Source: an uncultured Chloroflexia bacterium (GTDB lineage: Bacteria > Chloroflexota > UBA6077 > JACCZL01). Taken from it: 64,000 nucleotides of DNA. This document shows, piece by piece, positions 23,428-34,255 of the stretch; the first letter of the stretch is position 1, and every line of letters starts with the position of its first letter. Below the pieces are notes generated by a model. The model searched no databases. It was not told the DNA's origin and saw only the letters and a list, made by a program, of their open reading frames with translations. The stretch is from contig CAVXYC010000032.1 in assembly GCA_963765765.1 (NCBI GenBank), forward strand, positions 160,001-224,000, in the 5' to 3' direction. Made by a program: the position numbers and the translations under genes.

Positions 23428-24435
23428 ATGGCCGAAAATTCCCTGGATGGCAAAGTTGTAGTGGTCACTGGTGCATCAAGCGGGGTCGGTCGAGCCTGTG
23501 CTCTTGCGTTCGCTAGGCACGGTGCCAGGGTGGCACTGATCTCACGGAACCGTGAAGCGCTCACCGCCGCCTCCGCAGAGGTACGCGAAGGGGGCGGAGA
23601 GGCGCTCGTGCTGCCGCTCGATGTCGCCGATGCGGGGGCCGTGGATGAGGCGGCCGCGTTTGTCGTACAGCATTTTGGCGGGATTGACGTGTGGGTGAAC
23701 TGCGCCATGGTGACCGTGTTCGCCCCCGCGGAGAGCATGACCGCCGAGGAATATCGTCGCGTAACGGAAGTGACGTATCTCGGCTATGTCCATGGCACCA
23801 TGGCCGCCTTGCGGCACATGCGGCAGAGAAATTCGGGAACGATCATCCAGATCGGCTCGGCACTTGCCTTCAGATCGATCCCCCTCCAGAGTGCCTACTG
23901 CGCAGCCAAGGCGGCTACTCGAGGCTTTACGGATTCTTTGCGGTCAGAGCTCATTCACGATGGGAGCAACATTCGTATTTCGATGCTCCATCTTCCGGCG
24001 GTGAACACGCCTCAGTTCGTGGTCCAGAAGAACAAGCTTGAGCATGAGGCTCAACCGGTTCCACCAATCTATGCACCCGAGCTGATTGCGGACGCCGTGA
24101 TCTGGGCAGCTGAGCGTGCTCCAAGAGACATGGTTATCGGCGGTAGCACACTGCAAGCGTTGGTGGGCCAGATGCTGGCCCCGGGCTTACTGGACCGATA
24201 CCTCGCCAAATTCGGTTACGAGAGCCAGACGACGGATGAGCCAAATGATCCTGCACGTCCGGACAATCTCTTTCAACCGCTTCCGGGCGATCCCGGAGCG
24301 CATGGGCCATTCATCGACAAGGAGAAATCCTTCAGCCGTCAGCTCTGGCTACGAAGGCATCCCGGCGTCATGGCCCTTGGCGCAACTCTTGCCACTGGAG
24401 CCGCGCTGCTAGCTGGGGTGCGTAAATTTCGGTGA
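23428..24435 (+). CDS. SDR family oxidoreductase
   Basis: TGASSGVG, YCAAK and VNTPQF; extended C-terminus typical of stress-associated SDRs. Confidence 0.93.
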   Translation: MAENSLDGKVVVVTGASSGVGRACALAFARHGARVALISRNREALTAASAEVREGGGEALVLPLDVADAGAVDEAAAFVVQHFGGIDVWVNCAMVTVFAPAESMTAEEYRRVTEVTYLGYVHGTMAALRHMRQRNSGTIIQIGSALAFRSIPLQSAYCAAKAATRGFTDSLRSELIHDGSNIRISMLHLPAVNTPQFVVQKNKLEHEAQPVPPIYAPELIADAVIWAAERAPRDMVIGGSTLQALVGQMLAPGLLDRYLAKFGYESQTTDEPNDPARPDNLFQPLPGDPGAHGPFIDKEKSFSRQLWLRRHPGVMALGATLATGAALLAGVRKFR

Positions 24436-24480
24436 TGAGACCTGATCCGTAAATGCGATTGAAAGGATCTTGAAACCCCA

Positions 24481-25029
24481 ATGAATAGCAACAATCAGCA
24501 GGGCTACGGCCGCGGGTGGGATGTCCTGGGCGGGTACGGGCTCCTGATCGCTGTGTTTCAATCGCTCTTCTGGGGCTTCGTTTTTCTCACAAAGCGACGC
24601 GGGCCCCGCTTGCCCAGAAAAATCGAAATCGCAGACCTGCTGCTGCTAGGGACTGCCACCTACAAGATCAGCCGGCTTGTCTCGAAAGATTCGGTCACCA
24701 GCGTCATTCGCGCACCTTTCACCATATATCGGGGTCCGTCCGGCTCCAGCGAAGTGAAGGAGGACGTGCGCGGAACTGGAGTTCGCAAGGCGGTAGGCGA
24801 GCTCCTCACCTGCCCATTCTGCGTGGGCACCTGGATCGCCTCGGTGATGGTGTACGGACTCGTACTGCAGCCTCGTGTTACGCGTCTCGTGGCTGCGATC
24901 TTTAGTGTGGCAGCCGTTTCTGATGCGCTGCAGTACGGCTTCGAAGCGCTGCGCAAATCGACGGAAGCGTCGGATTCAGAGGACCAGAGCCAGGCAGCCG
25001 GTGGAGGGAGCCCAGAGTACTCGCATTAA
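24481..25029 (+). CDS. DUF1360-like membrane protein
   Basis: KISRLVSKDSVTSVIRAPF and GELLTCPFCVGTW. Confidence 0.82.
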   Translation: MNSNNQQGYGRGWDVLGGYGLLIAVFQSLFWGFVFLTKRRGPRLPRKIEIADLLLLGTATYKISRLVSKDSVTSVIRAPFTIYRGPSGSSEVKEDVRGTGVRKAVGELLTCPFCVGTWIASVMVYGLVLQPRVTRLVAAIFSVAAVSDALQYGFEALRKSTEASDSEDQSQAAGGGSPEYSH

Positions 25030-25086
25030 TTTGACTCGGGTAAAGCACCGAATTCAGCTCAAAGCACGACCGGACCAGCTGTACTC

Positions 25087-25359
25087 CTACAGCGGCCGTT
25101 CTGCGCTGGTTACCAATCTCACGTGCGGCGTTTCCGAAGCAGGAGAAGAAGGCTTTACGTCGATAACACACGTGGACTCTCTCGGGACGAAGTGACCGCC
25201 AATAGTGAGACGCTTCACCCTCTTGCTGAGAGCGGTGAAACGCACTACCGAGTCGCTGGCCGAGATGGACCAGTACGCGTGCTTCGACAGCCGGCCCCTC
25301 AGCGCGCCGATTACGGATTCGGTAAGCGACTGTGGACCGCGTTTGCGTCTGCCCCACAC
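25087..25359 (-). CDS. small hypothetical protein
   Basis: ORF fills the intergenic gap; no recognised motif. Confidence 0.3.
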   Translation of the reverse strand: MWGRRKRGPQSLTESVIGALRGRLSKHAYWSISASDSVVRFTALSKRVKRLTIGGHFVPRESTCVIDVKPSSPASETPHVRLVTSAERPL

Positions 25360-25443
25360 AGCTAATCCGCCCTACGCCCTCGTGCTGTAAGCTCAGCACG
25401 GTGACTCATCTGATGCCTGGGGCCATCGGATGCGGGGGCGAGC

Positions 25444-26427
25444 ATGTCAGATACGACCATCATTTACAGCCCAGTACCGGAGCCAGACGTCCGCGTCATC
25501 GCGGACTCAGTGCTGCCGGCAGGATTTCAGCTCGAGTGCGTTTCCAAGGAAGCTCTACCGGAGGCTATTCAGGGAGCCGAGTTCCTCTGCGGGTTCCTCG
25601 GCCAGATCCCGACGGATGCGCTTGTGAGCGCGAGCGCAAAGGGCTTAAAGCTGGTTCAGCTCATGAGCGCGGGCTATGACAATTTCAATCTCGATGGGGC
25701 CCGAGCGGCGCGTTTGCCAGTCTCGGTGAACGGTGGCGCCAATGCGATTGCCGTTGCTGAGCACGCCATCATGATGATGCTGGCCACTCTAAAACAGGCA
25801 CACGCCTTCGACTCCGAGGTTCGCGCTGGCCAATGGCGCGGCGGCCCGACCGGGGCGACGCGTTGGTATGAGCTGTACCAATCGACTGTCGGCATCGTGG
25901 GTATGGGGCGCATCGGTCAGGAAGTCGCAAAACGACTGGCTGGTTGGGATGCCAGGGTCGTGTACTACGATCCCTACCGTCTTTCGCCTGAGCGGGAGCA
26001 AGCGCTGAGTGCTCAGTTCATGGAGCTGGACGATCTCCTTCGGGCATCCGACGCGGTAACGGTGCACGTGCCGCTCAATGCTCAGACCCGAAATTTGATC
26101 GATGGCGAGTCGATCTCACTCATGAAGCCGACGGCCGTGCTGGTAAACACTGCCCGCGGTGGCCTGGTGGATGAGGACGCACTCGAGAGTGCGTTGCGCG
26201 AGGGACGAATCCTGGGAGCCGGACTGGACGTGCTCAGCGAGGAGCCTGCGCCCGCCAATCACCCACTGTTTGGATTGCCAAATGTGCTGCTCACACCGCA
26301 TTCGGCCGGGCCCACCTGGCAATCCTTTCCGAGACGTTTCAACAACTGCTTCGAGAATATCCAGCGCGTGGCGCGCGGCGAGAAGCCGGCCTGGGTAGTA
26401 GAGGAACTGGCGGATCTATTCAAGTGA
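25444..26427 (+). CDS. D-isomer-specific 2-hydroxyacid dehydrogenase
   Basis: VAEHA, GIVGMGRIG, VNTARGGLVDE, GLDVLSEEP and TPHSAG. Confidence 0.93.
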   Translation: MSDTTIIYSPVPEPDVRVIADSVLPAGFQLECVSKEALPEAIQGAEFLCGFLGQIPTDALVSASAKGLKLVQLMSAGYDNFNLDGARAARLPVSVNGGANAIAVAEHAIMMMLATLKQAHAFDSEVRAGQWRGGPTGATRWYELYQSTVGIVGMGRIGQEVAKRLAGWDARVVYYDPYRLSPEREQALSAQFMELDDLLRASDAVTVHVPLNAQTRNLIDGESISLMKPTAVLVNTARGGLVDEDALESALREGRILGAGLDVLSEEPAPANHPLFGLPNVLLTPHSAGPTWQSFPRRFNNCFENIQRVARGEKPAWVVEELADLFK

Positions 26428-26473
26428 GGCACGCAGCGCTAGGATCACGGCCGGACGCGTGGTGAACGACGTC

Positions 26474-27335
26474 ATGACAGACAAACTAGCAGCTCTCTTT
26501 GCTAGCACTGAACCGGAGCGCTGGGCGACAGGATTTCAATTTACTGAGGGACCACTCTGGCATCCGGACGGCTATTTCACCTTCGTTGACATTCGTACCA
26601 GTCGTATCTACAAGCTGACACAGGGCGGCTCGCCCGAGATCATCCGTGAGAACACCGGGAACGGAAACGGCAACACGTTTGATCTCGATGGTCATTTCAT
26701 ACTGTGCGAGGGCGGCAATCGTCAGGTCACGCGCATGTATCCGGATGGGCGAGTCGAGCCGATCGCGGTGCGAATTGACGGCCAGCGCCTGAATCGACCG
26801 AACGACGTGATCTGCCGCTCGGACGGTACGATTTACTTCACCGACCTGGGCTCATCCGTGCCGCTCGCTGACCGCGACATTGCACACTTCGGTGTGTACC
26901 GCATTGCAACAGATGGGGTGGTCTCGCTATTCGCTGGGTGCGAGGCGCCTAACGGGCTGGCCTTCTCGCCGGACGAGAAAACCCTCTACGTCTCCAACAC
27001 AAAGTTCACCGCGTACATCCATGCCTTCGAAGTAGCGTCGGATGGCACGATGATTCGTCGCCGATTCTTCGTCGACATGTCCTCAGACGAGACGGATGGC
27101 GTACCGGACGGCATGAAGGTGGATACGCGAGGGCCGCATTTTTTGCACCGGCGCCGGCGGTCTGTGGGTATTTGAGGCAGACGGCACTCCGCTCGGTTTG
27201 CTCCGTCTCCCCGAGATACCCGCCAACCTTGCCTTCGGCGGACCAGACCTGAAGACGATGTTTCTCACCGCCAGGACATCGGTGTATGCGCTGAGAGTGA
27301 AGACACCGGGGCTGCCACATCCGAGGTTCAAGTAG
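26474..27335 (+). CDS. SMP-30/gluconolactonase family protein; frameshift near 27130
   Basis: FTEGPLW, LNRPNDV, IYFTD, PNGLAFSPD and PDGMKVD; tail continues to TAG 27335. Confidence 0.9.
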
Positions 27336-27352
27336 CAGTTCTGAAGCATCTC

Positions 27353-27422
27353 CGGTGGAGCGGGTCTCCGTACCCGCCAGTGTCCGGAGCGGCTGACCAG
27401 GGTACGGGGACCCGCTCCACCG
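27353..27422. repeat. GTGG-headed REP doublet (REPIN-like)
   Basis: CGGTGGAGCGGGTCTCCGTACCC ... GGGTACGGGGACCCGCTCCACCG, one mismatch, between convergent genes. Confidence 0.7.
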
Positions 27423-27440
27423 AGAACTCTTAAGCTACCG

Positions 27441-28506
27441 CTACAGCCCGTAAAACGCCCTCGAGTTCTCCTCCAGGATTTTGCTCGCCTGGGATTGGGT
27501 GACGAGCCCTTCGTCGGCCCATTTCCGGACTTCATCGAGGGCGCTGAGGTTGGCGGAGATGTCGGTGTGGCTGTAGTCGGTGCCGATCATCAGGTTGTCT
27601 TCGGTGCCGAACTTCAGGATTGACTCGATATCGTCGATCGGATCGATCGTCACGAACATGCGATTGGATCGGAACAGGTCGGGCTGTAGCTCGTAGAGTC
27701 TAGGCAATTCGGTCTGCGTGCCGCGCAGTGCCTGACGTTTCTGCGCTCCAAGCTGTGAGATGGTGTATGGAATCCATGACGCGCCGGACTCGATCAGACC
27801 AAAGCGGAGCTTGGGGAACTTCTGTGGAAGTTTTGAAGTAACGAGCGCCGAACAGGAGAACATAATCGGGAAACCGCGATCCCACTCTCGTCCGGGCAAC
27901 GGATGGCCGGTGTGAATGCAAAGCGGGATATCAAGCGCGCTGGCCTCTTCGTAGATCGGGTAGAAGTACGGATCGGTGACCTCGCGATCGAGATCGAATC
28001 CGCGCTTGAAGATCCCACACGCGCCGTGCTCTTTGGCCCAGCGGAGCTCTTCAACCGCCTTCTCGGGCTGAAGAAGCGGTAGTACTGCCGCCCATCGGAG
28101 TCGTCCGTTGGACTGCGCACACTTGTCAGCCAGCCAGTGGTTATAGGTCGTAGTAAGGGCCCACTCCGCTTCTGCATTGTTCGTGTTGTAGCGAATGAAG
28201 AACGTGGGAAAGATCACCTGCACATCCACGCCCATGCGGTCCATGTGTGCCACCCGGCCAGGAACGTCCTCGAGCTCTCGAAAGAGCCCTCAGCGGATGG
28301 TTGATCTCATCCCGGACAGCGCGATTCTGCAGCCTGCCTTCAACCAGCCAGCTTCGGCTTACCACCGAGCTGTATCCCGCTCGCTTTGCTTCATCAGGTG
28401 GGAGCGTCACCGTAACCGGGATGTACTTCGCGTACGGCGTGCCTTCGAGCTTTTCCCAGGTCGATTCGGACTCGTCGACATGTGTATCGGCGTCAATCAT
28501 TGGCAT
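27441..28506 (-). CDS. amidohydrolase family 2 protein; frameshift near 28280
   Basis: IDADTH, MDRMGVDVQVIFPT, PLCIHTG, LIESGASW and GTDYSH. Confidence 0.88.
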
Positions 28507-28625
28507 TGGGTCACTCCCGGAGCACAGGGCACGGCTTTTAAGACCTGGATCAGATGTGAAACTAGTCTAAGGCCAGCGTTTGGGCGTGTATAGATCCTGA
28601 CGCCTGAGATAAGGAGAGCCGGCCG

Positions 28626-30048
28626 TTACTCCGCGATGACCAACGCAAGCTCCCCGGGGTCGGGAACGAGGTCTCCGGGTTTTGGAGATTGCATCAGGAT
28701 GGTGGTTGTTTCCGCTCCGTTGCCGGGTGCGGGCTCCACGCGGGCGATCTTCCAGCCGAGCTGGTTGGCCTGCTTTGCCGCTTCGGTAATGGATTTCCCG
28801 AGCACGTCGGGGACGATGACGCCTGTGCTCACGGTGACTCGGACGGGCTGCCGATCATAAAGATGCCGAGCCGGGCACGGGCGTTTGATGCATGATCTCG
28901 CCGGCCGGATACCGATCACTTTCCCGCTCGCCCACGACCAGAAGCTGCGTGTCGCTCTGGTTTGCGATCTGCTGCGCCTCCGCAACGGTTTTCCCCTGCA
29001 GAGAAGGGACGCTCATCGCAACACCTTTTGCGATGAGCGGGGTGTCTCCAATGAAGCGCATGATTCCAAGCGCGATGACAACGAATGTTAGAAGGGTCGC
29101 CAGGGCCACCATGGAAGCGAGAGCGCGGCTTACCGAACGCCGCGAGTGAGGTGCAGGCCGCTCGATGAGGTGTACCTCCGTCACCACTGATGTGGCGGCG
29201 GCGGGTGTGGCGTCCTCTATGGCGCTTGCAAGCGAGTCAGCGGACGGCCAGCGTCGCCTGGCGTCTGGCTCCAGTGCACGCTCGATTACTGGCTGAAGTT
29301 TTTTTGAAATGGAGGGATGCCGAGCCCGAAGTGGTATTGCCGGGGGCCTGCCAGTGAGCATCTCGTGGAGGACCACGCCGGTTCCGTAGACATCCGCAGC
29401 CGGGCCGATGATCTCATCTCGAAAAATCTCCGGGGCCAGGTAGGACGAGGCCGATCCAGGCCTCCCGGAGAGCTCGTGCGTCCTGGTGCGGGGCATCGCG
29501 CCGTCGACCCATCCCATCACCCAGGCCTGTTCCCTGGATGCGTCAAGATGAATGTTGCCAGGACACACCCGTCCGTGGACGAGTCCAAGATCGTGAGCCG
29601 CCTGAAGTGTTCGAGCAATCTCCGCGACACAATTGGCGACCCGGTATCCAGCGAGATACTGACTATCACGGAGGAGCGATCGAAGCGTGGGCGTGAATAT
29701 CGGTTCAGTAACGACGAAGGGACGCATGTGATCGTCCAGGCCTCCGTCCAGCAGTCGCGGGATGCCGCGTTGACGAGTCTGTGCGAGACGGCCGAGCCGA
29801 CGCAGCAGTCGCCCCTCGAGATTAGTATCGATGCGTATGGCGGATGAGAAAAGCTCCGCCATCACGGTGCGGCCCATCGAAAGGTCGGTGGCCAGGTAAC
29901 GGGTTCGAAACTCGTCCTCATCAACAACTCGATCCAGAACGTATCGACCGTTGATGGTAGGGGCTTGATTGACCAGCGACTGCGTAATGGCCGAATCCGA
30001 TTGCGACCCCTGCCTGGGTGCATCACGGCCAGTAGATGTGGACATCAT
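28626..30048 (-). CDS. PknB-like pseudokinase, TM, two PASTA domains; frameshift near 28860
   Basis: Kinase-fold motifs (GRYVL, YLAPE, ADVYGTG, LTGRPP) with HRD replaced by HGR, no VAIK lysine and no DFG; TM; VPSLQGKT and VPDVLGKS PASTA repeats. Confidence 0.82.
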
Positions 30049-31991
30049 TCTGATGCCTGCTTGGGCGCCGCTGGTAGCGCGATCACCGCTGCCACACGCT
30101 CCCCCTGCCGAATTTTCGTGTCGGGCGGCGGCTCTTGACGAAGCACGGTGCCGGCACGGACGTCAGCCTGTGGCTGAACGTTGACTTCCCCGAGCTTTAA
30201 GCCCCGGTCCGCCAGATCGCGTTCCACATCGCCAATTCCTCGGTCCAGAAGTCGCGGCACACTGGTCCACGGCGGCGTTGCTATGGTGATGTCTATCGGA
30301 GTTCCCGGAGCTACTTCTCTCCCCGACCGGACGCTCTGGGCCATGATCGTGCCCCAGTCCTGACGGTTTGTGTCGTACTCATTCACCGTGCCAATAACCA
30401 GTCCTTTCGATGCCAGCTCTTGACGTGCAGACTCGACATCGCGTCGCAGGATGTTGGGCACCGGCACGGGTGGTGGGCCGTTGCTTACTAGAAGCTGAAC
30501 TGGCCGATCGCTGCGCAACAACGCTCCGGGCGGGGGATCCTGCCGCATTACCTGACCGGCCGGAACGGTGGGTGAAGACTCATCACGTAGCTTGAGCTGG
30601 AAACCGGACTGTGCTGCCAGGGTGCGGGCTGTGTCGGCTGAGGCGCCTTCGAACACTGGTGTGGCAAGGGTTGCTGGCGGATTGAGCAGCATCGGAACGA
30701 TGAGCGCAATTGACAGGATCAACGCCACCGCGCCGGCCGACAGCAGAACTCGGTCGGCCGGATGTTGACGACGATACCAGGCTACCGCCGATCGCGGATG
30801 CGGAGGGTGATGTTGCGAGAGATGCGTTCGCGCGTTCCTCATCGCCGCATCGAGATGTCTGTGCGAAGCGCGGCTGGCAGACACGGCTTGCCGTCCTAGC
30901 GCACTCGATTGCGCTCTTGCCCCGGCAAGAGTCGCGGTGGCCATGCCACGCAATCTCTGATCGGCCAACGGCACGGCCTGACGAATGGGTGCGACTGAGC
31001 TTACCTGGAGTCGGCGTGTTACGGACCTCTCGGGCCGTCGCACCGTGTCATGTCTGAAGGGAGATCCGCCCTCAGCTGATTGAGGAGGCATCGTCTTGTG
31101 ACCGAGCGCATCGGCGGAGCTCTCATTCAAGGCCAGCAAGAAGTCGCCGACCGATATAAAACGTCGCTCCGGATCGACGTTAAGCGCCCGTGAAAGTGCG
31201 GTATGCATACTAACGGGGATGTCGGGTCGCGCCTGACGGAGATACGCCAACAGGTCATCGGCGCATTGATCGGGCGAGCCCAGACCAGGCGTGTGCCAGC
31301 GTCCGACGAGCAGCTCCGCACCAATCAACGCGAGCGCATACTGGTCGGTGGGCTGACTGGTCAGATCGCGCTCACGTTGCTCAGGCGCCAGATACGCTCC
31401 CAGATCGAATTCGGCTGCAGCGACCGACGATTGTTGGAGATCCGCGACAGCGGCAACGCCGATGCCGTCCAGTTTGGCGCTGCCTGCGTCATCAAAACGA
31501 ATGCTGTTCGGCGAGATGCGGCCGTGGACGATACCTCGAACATGAAGAGCTTGTACCGCGGAGCCCACCTGGCCTAGCAACGAGACAACCTGCCAGCTTG
31601 GAATGGCTTGACGGGTGGGGAGACGCTGGCGGAGCTGACCACCACCGCAGTACTCATGAGCGGACCAACACAGCCCGTCGGTCGCGCCAACGTCGAAGAT
31701 GGTCACCAGGTTTGGGTGAAATAACGCCGCGGCTTGCCGCTCGGCCTCGAGGAACCGATCCACTAGTGTCGGCTTATCGGCCAGGTGCTCCTGCAGTACG
31801 GTGATGGCAAGTATCCGGTCGAGCGTGACGTCCCGAGCCATATACGTCTTCGCCAGGGGCTCATCCTCTATCTCACGCTCAAGGAGGAAGCGCCCTCGGA
31901 GAAGTGGAGCCTGCTCTGAGGAATGCTCCGGCTCGCCGGGAATTAGGGTGCGGGAATCACGTGGAGGCCCCGCCAGCTCGTGTGGAGTCAC
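30045..31991 (-). CDS. PknB-like pseudokinase, TM, three PASTA domains
   Basis: HPNLVTIFDVG, YLAPEQ and TDQYAL; degenerate Gly loop (EDEPLA), AIT for AVK, HGRISPNS for HRDxKPxN; QDPPPG-type PASTA repeats. Confidence 0.85.
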   Translation of the reverse strand: MTPHELAGPPRDSRTLIPGEPEHSSEQAPLLRGRFLLEREIEDEPLAKTYMARDVTLDRILAITVLQEHLADKPTLVDRFLEAERQAAALFHPNLVTIFDVGATDGLCWSAHEYCGGGQLRQRLPTRQAIPSWQVVSLLGQVGSAVQALHVRGIVHGRISPNSIRFDDAGSAKLDGIGVAAVADLQQSSVAAAEFDLGAYLAPEQRERDLTSQPTDQYALALIGAELLVGRWHTPGLGSPDQCADDLLAYLRQARPDIPVSMHTALSRALNVDPERRFISVGDFLLALNESSADALGHKTMPPQSAEGGSPFRHDTVRRPERSVTRRLQVSSVAPIRQAVPLADQRLRGMATATLAGARAQSSALGRQAVSASRASHRHLDAAMRNARTHLSQHHPPHPRSAVAWYRRQHPADRVLLSAGAVALILSIALIVPMLLNPPATLATPVFEGASADTARTLAAQSGFQLKLRDESSPTVPAGQVMRQDPPPGALLRSDRPVQLLVSNGPPPVPVPNILRRDVESARQELASKGLVIGTVNEYDTNRQDWGTIMAQSVRSGREVAPGTPIDITIATPPWTSVPRLLDRGIGDVERDLADRGLKLGEVNVQPQADVRAGTVLRQEPPPDTKIRQGERVAAVIALPAAPKQASE

Positions 31992-32216
31992 GCCGATTAC
32001 TCCCGCACACTACATGCCAATTACCGACGCCCGAATGGATGCATAGGACCGCTCGGTACACTGGCAGCCTGCACAGAAAACGTCTTTGTCCGCCACGACC
32101 TTTCCAGGCTGCCTCGCATCCTCACCACTGGAGGCTGCGCCGGCGAAATGAAGAATTGAGGAGCATTCTCGCCTCTCGCCGCTAACCCCTAACCCCAGTG
32201 GGCTATAGTCGGAAGC

Positions 32217-33287
32217 ATGCAAATAGGAATCACAGGTCTTGCCGGGGCGGGCAAGACAACCGTCTTCAATGTGCTGGCGCGGAGCCACGCGCAGGTGGGG
32301 TCATTCAGTGCGCAGCCGCATATCGCGGTGGTCAAAGTGCCCGATCCGCGACTGGAAGCACTGCGCGATTTGTTCAAACCTGAAAAATTCACGCCGGCGG
32401 AAGTCACCTATGTCGACGTCGCCGGCGTCGTGCCTGGCAGCGATCGCGACCGGTCTGCGCAGGTCTTTGCGCATTTGCGTGAGGCGGATGTACTGCTCCA
32501 GGTCGTTAAGGCGTTTGATGACGGAACGGGTATCGCTCCGGAGCGCGACATCGCGGATCTGGAGCTCGAATTCGTGCTGGCCGATCTCGATATTGCCGAC
32601 CGGCGTTATGAGCGGCTGGAGAAGGAAGCGCGGCTGGGTAAGGGCACTTCCGCCGAGCGCCAGGCGCAGCAGCGTGAGCTGGAAGCTCTAACAAAGATCC
32701 GCGATGCACTCCAGAACGAGCGTCCCGCGCGGACCGTTGAGCTGGATGCCGAGGAACGGAAAGCCGTGCGCGGCTACGGCTTTCTGTCGGCTAAGCCAAT
32801 TCTGATCTTGCTCAATGTCGCCGAGCCCAGCGCGGACGCCGATGCGCTCGTCTCCAGGATCGCTCCGGAGATGAAATGGCAGTCCACCGAGGTCCTGGCG
32901 TTGGCTGGCCGACTGGAAATGGAGCTCATGGAGCTCGACGCGGAGGACGCCGCGGAGTTCATGAAAGAGCTGGGTATCGAGGAGAGTGGCCTGGGGCGCG
33001 TTATCCAATCGTCCTACGGTATTGCCGATCAGATCTCGTTCTTTACCGTCGGTGAAGACGAGGTGCGAGCCTGGACCATCGCGGCGAATTTACCTGCTCA
33101 GCTCGCCGCGGGAGCCATTCACACGGATCTCTCGCGCGGGTTCATTCGCGCCGAAGTGATCAACTGGCAGGAGCTTCTCGATGCCGGCTCCTACGCCGAA
33201 GCGCGCAAGCGCGGTCAGCTCCGCAGTGAGGGCAAGGGTTACATTGTGCAAGACGGCGACATCTTGCACGTGCTCTTCAACGTCTAA
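32217..33287 (+). CDS. ychF: YchF/OLA1-family ATPase (Obg-like)
   Basis: VKVPDPRL, YVDVAG, FFTVGEDEVRAW, AAGAIHTD..RGFIRAEV and EGKGYIVQDGD. Confidence 0.9.
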   Translation: MQIGITGLAGAGKTTVFNVLARSHAQVGSFSAQPHIAVVKVPDPRLEALRDLFKPEKFTPAEVTYVDVAGVVPGSDRDRSAQVFAHLREADVLLQVVKAFDDGTGIAPERDIADLELEFVLADLDIADRRYERLEKEARLGKGTSAERQAQQRELEALTKIRDALQNERPARTVELDAEERKAVRGYGFLSAKPILILLNVAEPSADADALVSRIAPEMKWQSTEVLALAGRLEMELMELDAEDAAEFMKELGIEESGLGRVIQSSYGIADQISFFTVGEDEVRAWTIAANLPAQLAAGAIHTDLSRGFIRAEVINWQELLDAGSYAEARKRGQLRSEGKGYIVQDGDILHVLFNV

Positions 33288-33342
33288 CTCTTTCCCAAGC
33301 GATGTTCGGTGGTGGACACCGTTCTGGCTGCGCGAACCGAGC

Positions 33343-33506
33343 GCATGTAGCGAGCGCTTCAGCGCTTTTTCGGCGTGGCGATGAGCGAGCGTAGGGATGC
33401 GGTATGCGATCAACCGATGCAGCCGCGGTGGCCTCCGATGTCGCTCGTCACATCGCTGCGCTCGCTAGTACTCATCGCGAAAAGCGCTGAAGCGCTCAGT
33501 ACGTGC
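33343..33506. repeat. GTAG-headed REP doublet
   Basis: Perfect 18-bp arms GAGCGCTTCAGCGCTTTT (33352-33369) and AAAAGCGCTGAAGCGCTC (33480-33497). Confidence 0.7.
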
Positions 33507-33538
33507 ATCGGGCTATTCGCCCATGGCGTGAAGCGAAG

Positions 33539-34255
33539 CTAGCGCTTGGTCGCAGGCGACGGCGCTGCCGCCGCGCCGCCTACGTTGAAGGTCCAGGAGA
33601 AGCCACCCAGTCGACCCTGATCGTCGCGCACCTGAATGCGCGCCTGGTGTTGACCGGCGGCCAGAGGCATGGTGACGGTATAGGTGGGGGTGCGTGCATC
33701 GCCGGTTGAGCTCGGACGAGTGGCTTGCCCGTCGACGAGCATCGTCACTTCGCTCACGTCGCTGGTGGCGCTGACCCGCGCCGAGATCGTCACAGGCCCA
33801 ACGGGAACATTGGCGTTGGACTGCGGCTGGATGGTGCTGATGATGGGGCCGCGCCCAGTGGCTGTGGGCGACGCGGCGGGCGATGGCGGCGGGGATGACA
33901 CCGGGATGGCAGTCGACTCAGGAGTTGGCCCCGTGCTTACTGGTGACGCGGAGACCAGGAGACTCGTGTTCGCACTGGCGACGGATCCCGGACGCGCGCC
34001 GTCAAGGGGGCGATCAGCCGGCCGCGTGCAGCCGGCTGCCACCATCGCCAGGACCCCCAGGATGACACTGACACGATGAGCTGCCGACTTCGACCGGGCG
34101 CTTCGACGGTGCGGTTGGATATCCAAGCAGGTATCGAGTGTGAGAGGATCGCCACTCAAACTGGAAGCATAACCGCCCTGGAGGGTGACGGCGCAACGGG
34201 ATCCAGGGGGCTCGGCGCTACAATGTTGACGCAATTTGCCTCGGAGGCGTTTCAA
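33539..34255 (-). CDS. Pro/Ser/Thr-rich lipoprotein with a C-terminal Ig-like beta domain; true start probably downstream of 34255
   Basis: VILGVLAMVAAGC lipobox; linker; VTMLVDG...LAAGQHQARIQVRD...WTFNV. Confidence 0.65.
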   Translation of the reverse strand: MKRLRGKLRQHCSAEPPGSRCAVTLQGGYASSLSGDPLTLDTCLDIQPHRRSARSKSAAHRVSVILGVLAMVAAGCTRPADRPLDGARPGSVASANTSLLVSASPVSTGPTPESTAIPVSSPPPSPAASPTATGRGPIISTIQPQSNANVPVGPVTISARVSATSDVSEVTMLVDGQATRPSSTGDARTPTYTVTMPLAAGQHQARIQVRDDQGRLGGFSWTFNVGGAAAAPSPATKR

